A DNA stretch of 64,000 nt from Ignavibacteriota bacterium (GTDB lineage Bacteria; Bacteroidota; Ignavibacteria; UBA10030): the NCBI GenBank assembly GCA_963727825.1, contig CAVSHO010000007.1, positions 32,001 through 96,000 of the forward strand, read 5' to 3'. Below the pieces are notes generated by a model. The model was given only the letters and a program-made list of their open reading frames with translations, was not told the DNA's origin and searched no databases. The translations under genes were made by a program, and so were the position numbers. This document shows, piece after piece, positions 32,081 to 43,440 of this stretch (position 1 is its first letter; the number at the start of each line of letters is the position of its first letter).

Positions 32081-33517
32081 ATGATTAAGGGAATTTATTT
32101 ACTAAGAAGAAATTCATTTTTCGCTTTATCATCGACGGCTATTCGATTATTATCGAATGCGGTGATGTTTATTGTCATCGCTAGGTTTTATGGACCGGAA
32201 AGCTTTGGACAATTTACGACTGCTCACACCCTGTCAACAATTTTTATTCTGCTTGCTGACTTTGGCTTTGACATGCTTCTGACAACTCAAATCGCCGCAG
32301 ACAATCAACGAGCATCAGTCATACTCCCGAGGATGCTCGGTCTGAAACTTGTTTTTTCTTTTTTCGCTTCCACGATTATGTGTGCAGTTCCGCTTCTCGG
32401 GAATCTTTCAGTACAAGCGAGTAAACTCATTTATATTTTCAGCCTCTATGTCTTTTTCTCTGCTGCATTAAATTTTTTTTTCGCTCTCTTCAAGGGATAC
32501 GAAGAATTTCAACACGAAGCCCTGATTTCCCTTCTCTTGAATGTACTACTCCTTGTGGCTCTCATTTTTCTGGGTTTCATGAAAGCAAGTCTTCCATGGA
32601 TTGCATGTGTATTTATAGGTTCGCGAATTTTTGGATTAGGGCTGGCTCTTCTGAGAAGCAAGAAGTTTATTCCATCCATTCTACCTGTCTGGGATTTACA
32701 TTGGTTCCGAGACATAAAGAGCCAAGTGATATATTTTGGTTTGTTTATGATCTTTGGTACACTATTTTTTACTTTAGATACTATCCTTCTCTCGTTCTGG
32801 AAAGGAGATTATCAAGTTGGAGTATATCAAGCCGTATTCAGGATTATTGCCATTACATTGGTGATCCCGGATATAGCAATTAATACCCTCCTCCCGACAT
32901 TGACAAGGTTTTATGTAATTGACAAAGACAAATGGCGCAGAATGGGATTATTAGCGAGCAAGACATTGTTTTTTATTGCTTTGTTACTCGGATTCGTTAT
33001 TATCTTTTCAGCGGAAGAAATCATCGCTCTAGCATATGGAAAGGGGAAATTTATTGAGGCTATACCTATATTAAAAATCTTTGGAGGAGTGATAATTATC
33101 AGGTATTCAGCAGAGATTCCAGCCCTCATGTTAACGACGTCTCATCGACAATCTGTGAGAACGGTATTGGTCATTCTTGCAACAATCATTAACGTTGGGC
33201 TCAATTCATTCGCCATCCCAAAATTTAATGCGCTGGGTGCCGCGTACACGTCTTTGCTCACAAATCTTTTAGTTGGAATCAGCTACTTCATTGCGTCGCG
33301 CAGGGACATCAAGTGGGGGGTCTTTTCAACAGAGCGCTTAATTCCTTTTCTTACCATTTTTGTTGGGAGTGTGATTATTCTGATCTTTTCAATACCTCTC
33401 TGGATTGGCATCATTGGTGTCTTCGTGATATATACCGTGGCCGTTTACTATGCTGGATTTAATTCTCAGGAAAAAGTTATTCTCCTCGAAAGAGTTTTAT
33501 CATTTAAATTATCATGA
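32081..33517 (+). CDS. wzx: Wzx-type flippase
   Basis: 12-14 TMs; 'ARFYGPESFGQF', 'DFG', 'VGVYQAVFR'. Confidence 0.88.
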   Translation: MIKGIYLLRRNSFFALSSTAIRLLSNAVMFIVIARFYGPESFGQFTTAHTLSTIFILLADFGFDMLLTTQIAADNQRASVILPRMLGLKLVFSFFASTIMCAVPLLGNLSVQASKLIYIFSLYVFFSAALNFFFALFKGYEEFQHEALISLLLNVLLLVALIFLGFMKASLPWIACVFIGSRIFGLGLALLRSKKFIPSILPVWDLHWFRDIKSQVIYFGLFMIFGTLFFTLDTILLSFWKGDYQVGVYQAVFRIIAITLVIPDIAINTLLPTLTRFYVIDKDKWRRMGLLASKTLFFIALLLGFVIIFSAEEIIALAYGKGKFIEAIPILKIFGGVIIIRYSAEIPALMLTTSHRQSVRTVLVILATIINVGLNSFAIPKFNALGAAYTSLLTNLLVGISYFIASRRDIKWGVFSTERLIPFLTIFVGSVIILIFSIPLWIGIIGVFVIYTVAVYYAGFNSQEKVILLERVLSFKLS

Positions 33518-34461
33518 TTCCTAAAGTCGCAGTCGTCATAGTAAACTATAATCGTGCTCAAGATACTATTGAGTGTCTTGATTCATTAAAGGAATGTGCG
33601 TATACCAATTTAAAAATAATCCTCGTGGATAATGGGTCAACAGATGATTCTGAAAATATAATCCGGAAAGTGCACGCCGATATTACAATCATTCAAGCCG
33701 GCCGCAATTTGGGCTTCTGTGCGGGCAATAACCTGGGTATACAATATGCCTTATCATTACCTGATTGCCCCACGTTTATACTTCTTATCAATAACGACAC
33801 TCTTGTGGAGTCTACCTTTCTTTCTCCTTTGGTAGAGGCGATGGAACAAGATTTCCAGGCTGGAGCTGCTGGTGGGACTATTTGTTACTATCCGGAAAAA
33901 GAAAAAATATGGTACGCAGGAGGAAAATTCAACTTCTGGAGAGCTTCCAGCTTTTCAGATCATGAGGGTGAGGAGTACTCCAAGATTATTGAATTTGGTG
34001 AACAACAAACGACTTTTATTACTGGATGCATGATACTCATACGTTCTGAGGTATTAAGCAAAGTTGGACTTCTCGATGAAAGGTATTTTATGTACTTTGA
34101 AGATGCGGAATATTCTCTCAGGTTGATCAGGCATGGATTTCATTTATTGTATGTACCGCAATCTCGTATTTACCATAAAATTGAAAACCGGGCTGCCAAG
34201 CCGCTTTCTTTATATTTTTCTGTTAGAAATAGGCTTTTATTTATCAATAAAGTGACAGTCGGATTCTCGCGTGTTATTGCAATGATTTATTTTTACGTTG
34301 TTACATTAATAAAAATGATGAATTGGGGAATTCGAAAACCAAAACTGTACATCGCCGCGCGATATGCATTGGAGGATTACCATAGGGGAATATTTTTTGC
34401 AGGGAGAGGATTATCATTGAATCAAGAAGGGGACCTGAATGATCGTCAATATCACTCTTGA
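33514..34461 (+). CDS. Glycosyltransferase family 2
   Basis: VIVNYN, DNGSTD, NLGFCAGNN, YFED. Confidence 0.93.
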   Translation: MIPKVAVVIVNYNRAQDTIECLDSLKECAYTNLKIILVDNGSTDDSENIIRKVHADITIIQAGRNLGFCAGNNLGIQYALSLPDCPTFILLINNDTLVESTFLSPLVEAMEQDFQAGAAGGTICYYPEKEKIWYAGGKFNFWRASSFSDHEGEEYSKIIEFGEQQTTFITGCMILIRSEVLSKVGLLDERYFMYFEDAEYSLRLIRHGFHLLYVPQSRIYHKIENRAAKPLSLYFSVRNRLLFINKVTVGFSRVIAMIYFYVVTLIKMMNWGIRKPKLYIAARYALEDYHRGIFFAGRGLSLNQEGDLNDRQYHS

Positions 34462-34528
34462 AAGAAACAAAATTTTAAAAAGGATCTGACGATCAGACTG
34501 ATATTTCTCATTTTTGAAAGTAAAGTTG

Positions 34529-35653
34529 ATGCGTATAGGTATTGATGCTCGTGCTGTAGAAAAGACCACAGATGGAATTGGACGGTACGCAATTGAACTG
34601 ATCAAAGCGTTCTCACAGAGAAATGATCCCCATCAATATGTCATTTTTAAAAATCCTTATTTGGACCATTCCTTCAAATACGATGAGCGATTTCGCGAAA
34701 TGAATATCAGCATACGGCGATATAGTCTGAAGGAACAGCTGATGATGCCAAGGATTCTTAAGAAGGAAAAATTAGATATATTCCACTCCTTACATTTTAC
34801 ATTGCCACTTGGTTATAAAGGCGCGCAAGTAATGACGGTACATGATATTATGCCGGTTTTATTTCCGTGGTTTTTTGGTACGAGCAGTATTGTCGATTAT
34901 ATGGCATCAGCTTATTTATCTTTTTTAGTGAGGGCAAGCCTGAAAAAGGCGGTAATAACTATTGTTGATTCAGAGCATACTGCAATGGATCTGAGAACCC
35001 ATTATAAATTAAATGGTGATCAGCTCTCCCGCATCTACTTGGGAATTGATCATCTCAATCCATCGCTCTTGAAGCGCAAAATTGATGTCCCATTATTTTT
35101 AGGATTCCATCATCCCTTTATTCTCACAGTCACAAATTTCCGACCATACAAAAATACAAAAAGGCTTATTCAGGCGTTTGCTCTTGTCAATAAAATAATT
35201 CCTGATTTGAGGCTTGTCGTTGTCGGGGAAAATCCAAAATATTCTCGAAGAACATTGGGTGATTTAGCGGAAGCAGAGAGAAAAAATGTGCACTTCCTTG
35301 GTTTTATCGATGATATGTACTTGACGGCTCTCTTATCCTCAGCAGAAGCGTTTGTTTTCCCTTCGTCGTACGAAGGATTTGGATTTCCTGTTCTTGAGGC
35401 AATGAATCATGGTACACCTGTGATAACCTCTTCTGTGGCTTCCTTGCCGGAAATCGGTGGTAAAGCAGTGGTCTATGTCAATCCAAATGATATTCAGGAT
35501 ATTGCAAATGCTATCCAGACAATATGCACCAATAAAGAATTACAGGGAAGTCTCAGGGAAGCAGGGAGAATGCAGTCCCGGAAATTCCGATGGCAAGACA
35601 CTGCAATTCAAACACTACGCGTCTACGAAAAGGTTTTGATAAGGGCAAGTTGA
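34529..35653 (+). CDS. Glycosyltransferase family 4
   Basis: RIGIDAR, TVHD, FPSSYEGFGFPVLEAM. Confidence 0.93.
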   Translation: MRIGIDARAVEKTTDGIGRYAIELIKAFSQRNDPHQYVIFKNPYLDHSFKYDERFREMNISIRRYSLKEQLMMPRILKKEKLDIFHSLHFTLPLGYKGAQVMTVHDIMPVLFPWFFGTSSIVDYMASAYLSFLVRASLKKAVITIVDSEHTAMDLRTHYKLNGDQLSRIYLGIDHLNPSLLKRKIDVPLFLGFHHPFILTVTNFRPYKNTKRLIQAFALVNKIIPDLRLVVVGENPKYSRRTLGDLAEAERKNVHFLGFIDDMYLTALLSSAEAFVFPSSYEGFGFPVLEAMNHGTPVITSSVASLPEIGGKAVVYVNPNDIQDIANAIQTICTNKELQGSLREAGRMQSRKFRWQDTAIQTLRVYEKVLIRAS

Positions 35654-35782
35654 CCTGAGAATCTAAAGAACCTAAATACTGGAAATAAATATGAAACGAT
35701 ACACTGATAATTTCGAAGATAGTTGTAAAGAACCCTATGTCGGGAAGCCAGAGGATTCTTGGAAAAGAGACAATCACACAGC

Positions 35783-36916
35783 ATGAAAATTGTTCATACA
35801 AATAAAGCATACTATCCTTTAATAGGCGGAGTAGAAACTATAGTAGCAAATTTTGCAGAAGGATTATCGACCCGCCCGGGAATCGACGTGGAGGTGCTTG
35901 TGTGTAATCATGAACATTCCATTTGGAAACAGGAAAAAACAATAAACAGAGTGAATGTCACCTATGTTCCTATGTGGGCAAAAATTGCTTCGTTGCCAAT
36001 AAGCCCTTTATTCCCTTTTCATTTAGCGGCCTTGGATGGTGATATTCTCCATGTTCATGAACCGTTCCCATTAGTTGATTTGACAAATCTTTTAATTCCA
36101 AGCGTATTGCGGCGGTTTTCACGCATTGTCGTTTCCTGGCACAGCGATATTGTACGACAAAAATGGGCTATGTCTGTCTATGCTTCAGTTATACGAAAAT
36201 TTTTAGACAGGGTAGATCGAATAATTGTGGCGACACCAAACCATTTGGAGAGTTCTCAGTTTTTAAAGACCTATAGTGAGAAGTGCGAAATTATTCCCTT
36301 TGGTCTTCAGTTAGACTGGGTGAAGCAGAGGCAAACAAGAGATGAACAAATAAAAAAAATAAAAAAGCAATTTGGGGATCCGCTTATCTTATTTGTAGGT
36401 AGATTAGTTTATTACAAAGGATTGAAATACCTCGTCGATGCAATGAATTTATTGCCAGATGTAAATCTGGCCATTGTTGGTGGTGGCCCGTTACAATTCG
36501 AAATAAAGCACCAGATAAGCAAGCTACAATTGGAAAAAAGGGTACATATTATCCCACATCTCAGCAAAACAGAATTGCATGATTTTTATGAGGCCTGCGA
36601 TATTTTTGTATTACCATCTACAGACATTAGTGAAGCGTTCGGTTTGGTCCAGGTTGAAGCGATGGCTTGCGGTAAGCCAGTCGTATCGACTAATTTAAAC
36701 ACAGGTGTCACTTTTGTGAATCAACATGGAATCACTGGCTTAACTGTTGAACCGCGTGATTCGATGGCCCTAGCGGATGCCATTCGCACACTTCTTGGTA
36801 ATTCTAATCTGAGATTATCTCTAGGACGTAATGCTCAAGAGAGAGCGATGCGCGAATTTACATTAGAAAGAATGATCGATAGAACTGTTAAGCTTTATAA
36901 TCGTATCTTGACCTAA
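35783..36916 (+). CDS. Glycosyltransferase family 4
   Basis: FVGRLVYYKG, EAFGLVQVEAMACGKPVV. Confidence 0.93.
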   Translation: MKIVHTNKAYYPLIGGVETIVANFAEGLSTRPGIDVEVLVCNHEHSIWKQEKTINRVNVTYVPMWAKIASLPISPLFPFHLAALDGDILHVHEPFPLVDLTNLLIPSVLRRFSRIVVSWHSDIVRQKWAMSVYASVIRKFLDRVDRIIVATPNHLESSQFLKTYSEKCEIIPFGLQLDWVKQRQTRDEQIKKIKKQFGDPLILFVGRLVYYKGLKYLVDAMNLLPDVNLAIVGGGPLQFEIKHQISKLQLEKRVHIIPHLSKTELHDFYEACDIFVLPSTDISEAFGLVQVEAMACGKPVVSTNLNTGVTFVNQHGITGLTVEPRDSMALADAIRTLLGNSNLRLSLGRNAQERAMREFTLERMIDRTVKLYNRILT

Positions 36917-36950
36917 TAAATGACATTATAATGTCTATTTCATTCAGGCT

Positions 36951-38036
36951 ATGAAAACCATTTTACTTGTTGCCGGTACACGCCCGGAAATTATTAAAAC
37001 TGCACCTGTTTTAATTGAGGCACGGAAAAGAAAAGATATTAAATCGATCTATTGCCTTACAGGTCAGCATAAAACCATGGCAATGGAAGCATTGTCAATC
37101 TTTGGAGTCGAACCGGATGATGATCTTCAAATTATGCGTCCGAACCAAACATTAAATATGATTTGCGAATCGGTTTTCACGAAATTACCGTCAGTGATTG
37201 AGCATACTAATCCGGATGCAGTCATGGTACAGGGTGATACAACTACTGCGGCAATGACCGCACTATGTGCGTTTAATATGAAAGTACCAGTTGCGCATAT
37301 TGAAGCGGGGCTGCGAACATTTAATTTAGAAGCACCGTATCCAGAAGAATGTAATCGACGGCTTATCGGAGTAGTTGCGAAATATAATCTCTGTCCTACT
37401 ACAATGGCAGGTGAAAATTTACGGCGTGAAGGTGTGCCGGAAAAAAGAATATACATTACTGGGAATACAGTCGTTGATGCATTGCGTTTGATTCAAGAGA
37501 AGCATAACCTCGATGAGCTTGAACGTATCTTTCCAAACATAAAGAAGCCATTTGTGCTTATCACCGCTCATAGGCGCGAAAGCTTTGGCGGAGGATTCCA
37601 AAATATCTGTGCGGCGATCCGTGAATGCGCTTTAAGATATCCAGGTTTTCAATTTATTTATCCTGTCCACCTGAATCCTCATGTCAAAGGACCAGTGCAT
37701 GAAATGTTAGGGAAAATAGGTAATGTGAAGTTGATTCCGCCGATTCCGTATCTTGAGATGCTTACTTTGATGAAGCATTGTGAATTCGTGCTTTCAGATT
37801 CCGGAGGTATCCAGGAAGAAGCGCCATCGTTCGGTAAGCATTGTATTGTAATGCGTGAAGTAACGGAACGAATGGAAAGCGTGAATCTTGGAATGTCCGA
37901 GCTTGTGGGTACGGATGTTACGAAGATCCTTAGTGCAGTTCAGCGCACAATTGAAGGAAACATCAAGCATGACCTTGGCAAGAATCCTTATGGCGACGGC
38001 CATGCATCAGAAAAAATTTTAGATATATTAATGTAA
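36951..38036 (+). CDS. wecB: UDP-N-acetylglucosamine 2-epimerase (non-hydrolysing)
   Basis: GTRPEIIK, TGQH, HIEAGLR, DSGGIQEEAP, NPYGDG. Confidence 0.96.
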   Translation: MKTILLVAGTRPEIIKTAPVLIEARKRKDIKSIYCLTGQHKTMAMEALSIFGVEPDDDLQIMRPNQTLNMICESVFTKLPSVIEHTNPDAVMVQGDTTTAAMTALCAFNMKVPVAHIEAGLRTFNLEAPYPEECNRRLIGVVAKYNLCPTTMAGENLRREGVPEKRIYITGNTVVDALRLIQEKHNLDELERIFPNIKKPFVLITAHRRESFGGGFQNICAAIRECALRYPGFQFIYPVHLNPHVKGPVHEMLGKIGNVKLIPPIPYLEMLTLMKHCEFVLSDSGGIQEEAPSFGKHCIVMREVTERMESVNLGMSELVGTDVTKILSAVQRTIEGNIKHDLGKNPYGDGHASEKILDILM

Positions 38037-38098
38037 TGTAAGTCGACTCGCTGAGTCGATTAACGAAAAGGATGGTCGAGACAGCATCTCGACCTACA
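38037..38098. repeat. REPIN-like doublet of hairpins
   Basis: TGTAAGTCGACTCGCTGAGTCGA ... GGTCGAGACAGCATCTCGACCTACA with complementary outer ends. Confidence 0.55.
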
Positions 38099-38105
38099 CG
38101 ATTCA

Positions 38106-39525
38106 ATGAACGCTCGTCGTGAATATATTGTTACACTTCTGATTGATGTGCTCACTATCAATCTGGCGTATATCGCTTATTATTATTTCCGCGTACGTAG
38201 TGGATGGATTCCTTATAGCATCGAACCGGAACTAATATTGCCGATGGTGTTCGTTTGCTTGTACTGGCTCATCTGGTTTGGCATCTTTGGTCTTTATCAT
38301 TCATGGTACGAACAATCACGAATCGATGAGATTCTCACGATTGTTAGAGTAACCATCATTGGAACATTGATTTTATTCTTTTTGATTTTTATTGATGATA
38401 CATCAAGCGAAACAATCATCCACTCTCGGCTTCTGATTCTTGGATATTGGTTTGTGCTAATGATATTAGTCGTAACAGGCAGAATAACAAGAAGATTTGT
38501 TCAACGGAAATTGCTCTTAGCCGGAGTTGGACTGCGCAATACAATTATTATTGGCTGGTCAGATAAGGCATTTGAATTGTGCGATATGGTACTTAAGTAT
38601 CCTGCATTGGGTTATAAAGTAATTGGATTTGTAAAGGTAAGCGCAAAAAGTACGACCCCTTTTTTGTACAAAAGAAACAAACTATAAAGGCATTCCTATT
38701 TTGGGGATGATGAAGGAATTGTCGACACTTATTAAAATGCATGTAGTCAGTGAAGTGCTGATCGGACTTGATCCCTCAGAACGAAAACAGCTTACCGATA
38801 TCCTACGTCAATGTGATTCTGTTGACGTAGGCATGAAAATAATGCCGGATTTGTATGATATTGTCAGCGGGCAGGCACGAATCAGTTCTCTCTATGGCTT
38901 GCCGCTTATGGAAGTGCGCCCGCAGTTGATGAAGCCGTGGGAAGAAGTGGCAAAACGTACGCTCGATATTCTTTTTTCTTTATTAGTGCTAATTATCGGA
39001 CTTCCACTATGGCTTATTTTTGCATGTTTCATAAAGCTCGATTCTAAAGGTCCTGTGCTATATCGTCAAATACGTGTTGGCAAGAATGGTAATCATTTTA
39101 AAATATTAAAATTTCGCTCGATGCGTTTGGATGCTGAAAAGAAGTCCGGCCCAATATGGGCTGGAAAAAACGATCCGCGCGTTACAAATGCCGGCCGCAT
39201 TCTTCGGAAAACGCATTTCGATGAAATCCCACAATTTATCAATGTACTCAAGGGAAATATGAGCTTAGTTGGGCCACGGCCTGAACGGCCATTTTTCGTG
39301 GATAAATTGACGAAAGAAATTCCTCTTTATAATCATCGTCATCGCGTACGTCCGGGAATTACTGGCTGGGCACAAGTCAAACATAAGTATGATGAGAGTA
39401 TGGAAGATGTGCGCACAAAAATCAAATATGATTTATTCTATATCGAAAATATATCTTGGCGCTTGGATTTGAAAATTCTTTTTAACACTATTTATGTAAT
39501 GATTGCAGGAAAGGGACACGCCTGA
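38106..39525 (+). CDS. Undecaprenyl-phosphate sugar phosphotransferase (WcaJ-like; frameshift near 38660)
   Basis: N-terminal TMs plus CoA-binding-like domain; KFRSM, DEIPQFINVLKG.MSLVGPRPE, RPGITGWAQV. Confidence 0.9.
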
Positions 39526-39526
39526 T

Positions 39527-40633
39527 ATGAAACCTATTCACATGGTCGATGTAGTCGGCCAGTATCAAAAAATAAAAACCGAAATTGATGAAGCCGCCCT
39601 ACGCGTTATTGGGTCGGGTCAATATATTCTTGGCAGAGAAGTATCGGAATTTGAAAATGAAATTGCACAGTACTTGAATGTGAATCACGGAATTGGATGT
39701 GCTTCCGGTACCGATGCTTTGATGGTTTCGATGATGGCGCTGGGAATTGGACAAGGTGATGAAGTGGTTACAACGCCATTCACATTTGCCGCTACTACCG
39801 AGACGATTATATTACTTGGTGCCAAGCCGATTTATGTTGATATAGATCCAAAGACATTTAATCTTGATCCATTAAAAATGGAAGCGGTAATTACAAAGAA
39901 GACAAAAGCGATTATTCCAGTGCATTTATACGGACAAACTGTAGATATGGACCCGTTGGTAGCAATTGCAAATCGGCATAACATTCCCATCATAGAAGAT
40001 ATGTGCCAGGCGATTGGTGCGGATTATAAGGGCAAGAAAGTGGGTGGCATAGGCACGATGGGTTGTCTAAGTTTCTTCCCAAGTAAAAATCTCGGTGCAT
40101 TTGGTGACGCCGGTATGGTCGTAACAAATGATGGGGCATTAGCAGAAAGGTTGCGTATGATTGTTGTGCATGGTTCGCGCGTACGCTATAAACATGATAT
40201 TATCGGTGTGAATAGCAGGTTGGATGCATTGCAAGCTGCGATGCTTCGCGTAAAACTTCGCTATTTAGATCAATGGATTGATACAAGGCGCAAAGCGGCT
40301 ATGTTATACAATCAATTGTTTACAGGTTCCGATGTCGAAATTCCGTATGAAGCGCCATACGGCAGGCATGTATTTCATCAATATACAATTCGAATTAAGA
40401 ATCGAGATCAAGTTGCACAGTTTTTAAGTGAGAAGAAAATTCCGTACGGTATTTATTATCCGATATCTTTGCATCTTCAGAAGGCTTATTGCATGGAAGG
40501 AAAGCCAGAAGGCTCATTCCCGATAACCGAGGATGCAGCGGTTAATGTTCTCTCGTTACCGATGCATACGGAACTCGACGACGAACAGCAAAAGTTTATA
40601 GTCCAATCAATACTAGAAGCAATTAAAAATTAA
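39527..40633 (+). CDS. DegT/DnrJ/EryC1/StrS aminotransferase
   Basis: SGTDAL, PVHLYGQ, SFFPSKNLGAFGDAG. Confidence 0.95.
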   Translation: MKPIHMVDVVGQYQKIKTEIDEAALRVIGSGQYILGREVSEFENEIAQYLNVNHGIGCASGTDALMVSMMALGIGQGDEVVTTPFTFAATTETIILLGAKPIYVDIDPKTFNLDPLKMEAVITKKTKAIIPVHLYGQTVDMDPLVAIANRHNIPIIEDMCQAIGADYKGKKVGGIGTMGCLSFFPSKNLGAFGDAGMVVTNDGALAERLRMIVVHGSRVRYKHDIIGVNSRLDALQAAMLRVKLRYLDQWIDTRRKAAMLYNQLFTGSDVEIPYEAPYGRHVFHQYTIRIKNRDQVAQFLSEKKIPYGIYYPISLHLQKAYCMEGKPEGSFPITEDAAVNVLSLPMHTELDDEQQKFIVQSILEAIKN

Positions 40634-40645
40634 CCTGGTAATTAT

Positions 40646-41368
40646 ATGAAACAATCTCTTATTATTATACCAACTTATAATGAAGCGGACAATGTATCTA
40701 AGATCATCCCTGAAGTGCTGGCGCAGGATGAAGGATTCAATGTATTGATTGTTGATGACAACTCGCCGGATGGGACAGCGATGTTGATAAAAGAAATGCA
40801 GAAGACTAATTCTCGCATTCATCTAATTGAACGTCCGAGTAAGCAAGGACTAGGCACGGCGTACGTAGCAGGATTCAAATATGCGCTATTGCATAGATTT
40901 GATTTTGTCTTTGAGATGGATGCCGATTTCTCGCATGATCCCAAGATGTTAACGAGACTTTTAGCAAAAGCAGATGAGTATGATCTGGTTATCGGTTCGC
41001 GGTATATATCAGGCGTTAACGTAGTGAACTGGCCGCTGCAGCGATTGATACTAAGTTATTCTGCAAACCTGTATACACGGATTATCACAGGCTTACCAGT
41101 CAAGGATGCAACAGCGGGTTTCAAATGTTATCGCCGTGCTGTATTGGAAAGTTTTGACCTTGACTTGATCAAATCAAACGGTTACAGTTTCCAAATCGAA
41201 ACAAATTATCTTGCCTGGAAACATGGTTTCCGCGTGTGTGAAGTGCCTATAGTATTTACCGATAGACGTGAAGGTGTCTCAAAAATGTCTAAACATATTG
41301 TCTATGAAGCGGCTTGGATGGTGTGGAAGCTGAAGTTCAGGGACCTGTTTTCAAAAGAGAGTCACTAA
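40646..41368 (+). CDS. Polyprenol monophosphomannose synthase (GT2, DPM1-like)
   Basis: IPTYNE, DDNSPDGT, GLGTAY, MDADFSHDP. Confidence 0.92.
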   Translation: MKQSLIIIPTYNEADNVSKIIPEVLAQDEGFNVLIVDDNSPDGTAMLIKEMQKTNSRIHLIERPSKQGLGTAYVAGFKYALLHRFDFVFEMDADFSHDPKMLTRLLAKADEYDLVIGSRYISGVNVVNWPLQRLILSYSANLYTRIITGLPVKDATAGFKCYRRAVLESFDLDLIKSNGYSFQIETNYLAWKHGFRVCEVPIVFTDRREGVSKMSKHIVYEAAWMVWKLKFRDLFSKESH

Positions 41369-41372
41369 AGGC

Positions 41373-43416
41373 ATGATCGGCGCGCGTAGACAAGCAGTGC
41401 CTGATGTTTCGGTCATCATCGTGAACTATAACGTTCGCGATTTTCTGCAACAATCATTGCTATCAATCCAGAAAGCGTTGAAGGGAATCCGTTCGGAGAT
41501 TTTTGTCGTCGACAATGCTTCCGATGATGGAAGTGTAGATGTCCTGCGGCACCGATTTCCCGCGATCCAGCTATTTCGCAATACTGCCAATCTTGGTTTT
41601 GCCAAGGCAAATAATATTGCACTCAAGAAAGCACGCGGCAAATTCCTTCTTCTAATTAACCCTGATACAATTGTACAGGAAGATACGATCCGAGTGATGG
41701 TTGAATTCCTCCAGAATCATCCAGAAGTCGGACTTGCGGGATGCAAGATTCTGAATCCCGACGGTAGTTTCCAACCAGCCTGCCGCCGAGGTTTTCCGAC
41801 ACCATGGGTTGCATTTACTAAAATATTTGGACTCAGTAAACTCTTTCCCAATACCAAATTATTCGGGAAATATAATCTGACATATTTGAATACCGAAGAT
41901 ACTTATCCGGTGGATGCTGTAAGCGGTTCGTTCATGATGCTACAGAAAAGAAACATACGAGCAGGTCGGCGGCCTGGATGAGAGTTACTTTATGTATGGT
42001 GAGGATCTTGATTGGTGCTATCGTATTCGTCAAGCTGGATGGCGAATATTCTATGTTCATTCCACGCAGATTATTCATTACAAAGGCGAAAGCACACGGC
42101 GAAGCAGCTTAGATGAAATCCATATGTTTTACAATGCGATGCATCTTTTCGTCGAAAAACATTTCCGATCTTCAAAGTTTTTCAACATTATTTTACGTTT
42201 ATCCATTGGCGTAGTTTCTTTTGCTGCATTTATTACTTCAGCGTTGCGGCCTTTGAAAATTGCTGTTTTCGATTTTATTGCAGTGACGATAAGTCTTCTA
42301 ATAGCAGAAGAACTTTGGAGGGGGGCACTCTTTAGCTATCCTGCTTACGCCTATCCAATAGTTTTTACTATCCCGGCTATCATTATTGTGAGTTGTTTGT
42401 ATATTGCGGGAGTATATACACAACGTCGAATGTCTATCTCTCGATCCATCGGTGCTATTTTTCTCGCTTATGTTTTCATCTCTGCTTTAACAGCTTTTTT
42501 TAAGAACTATGCCTTCAGCAGGATGATTGTCGCTATTTCCGGAGTTCTATCGATAGTCTTCATCCCGGGATGGCGATTGGTATTCCGGCTGGTTAGAAAA
42601 ACGTCCGCGCATGGCAGAGGAACGCTGTTCGGCAAACGAACGCTCATCGTTGGTACTGATAAAGACGCTATCGGATTACAACAAAAATTGCGGGCAAGAA
42701 TTGGGGAGGGTTATGAAATTGTAGGATTTGTTGGGACTACGCATGAGCAGATCGGTGAGATATTGAATGGCATCCCAGTTGTCGGCAGTATTGATAACGT
42801 TGGAAAGATAGTCAAAGAACTAAAGATCAGCGATGTGATATTTTCACCGTCGGCGATCAGTTATACTCAAATTCTTTCGGTAATTAGTAGGAGCCGTGAG
42901 CAAGTCGTAAATTTCCATCTTGTTCCAACGACGATGGAAGTAATTGTTGGGAAAGCAAGTGTGGATAGTCTCGATGATTTACCATTAGTGCAGATTACAT
43001 ACAACATTGATAAGCCGATACATCTATTCACAAAACGAATGTTTGATATCGTATTATCTGGATTGCTCTTGATAATGGTTTATCCTATTTTTCGATTGTC
43101 GTCGACAATGACGAAAAAGAGACAAAGTAGATTTCTTGCGGAATTGCCGCGTGTATTCAATGGAACCATGAGTCTTGTGGGTACTCCGGTGAATGACTCA
43201 CGAAAACCAAAGCAGATTGAGGATGGTCTCTTTCTTGGTAAACCGGGTCTCTGCGGTTTGGTACAGCTTCAGCAAGATCGTAAATTGTCGGATGATGAAC
43301 TTACACAATACGATCTTTACTATGCACGCAACCAGAACGTACTGCTTGATCTTGAAATTCTTATCAAGACATGGCTGCAATATCGCTCAATGCGAAAGAG
43401 TGCAAAAGGAAAATAA
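41373..43416 (+). CDS. GT2 glycosyltransferase fused to membrane / sugar-transferase-like domain (frameshift near 41945)
   Basis: GT2 motifs (VNYN, DNAS, NPD) continue into YGEDLDWC, then TMs and a degenerate transferase domain (MSLVG, KPGLCG). Confidence 0.85.
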
Positions 43417-43440
43417 GAGAGTGACAAGGAGATTTACCCT

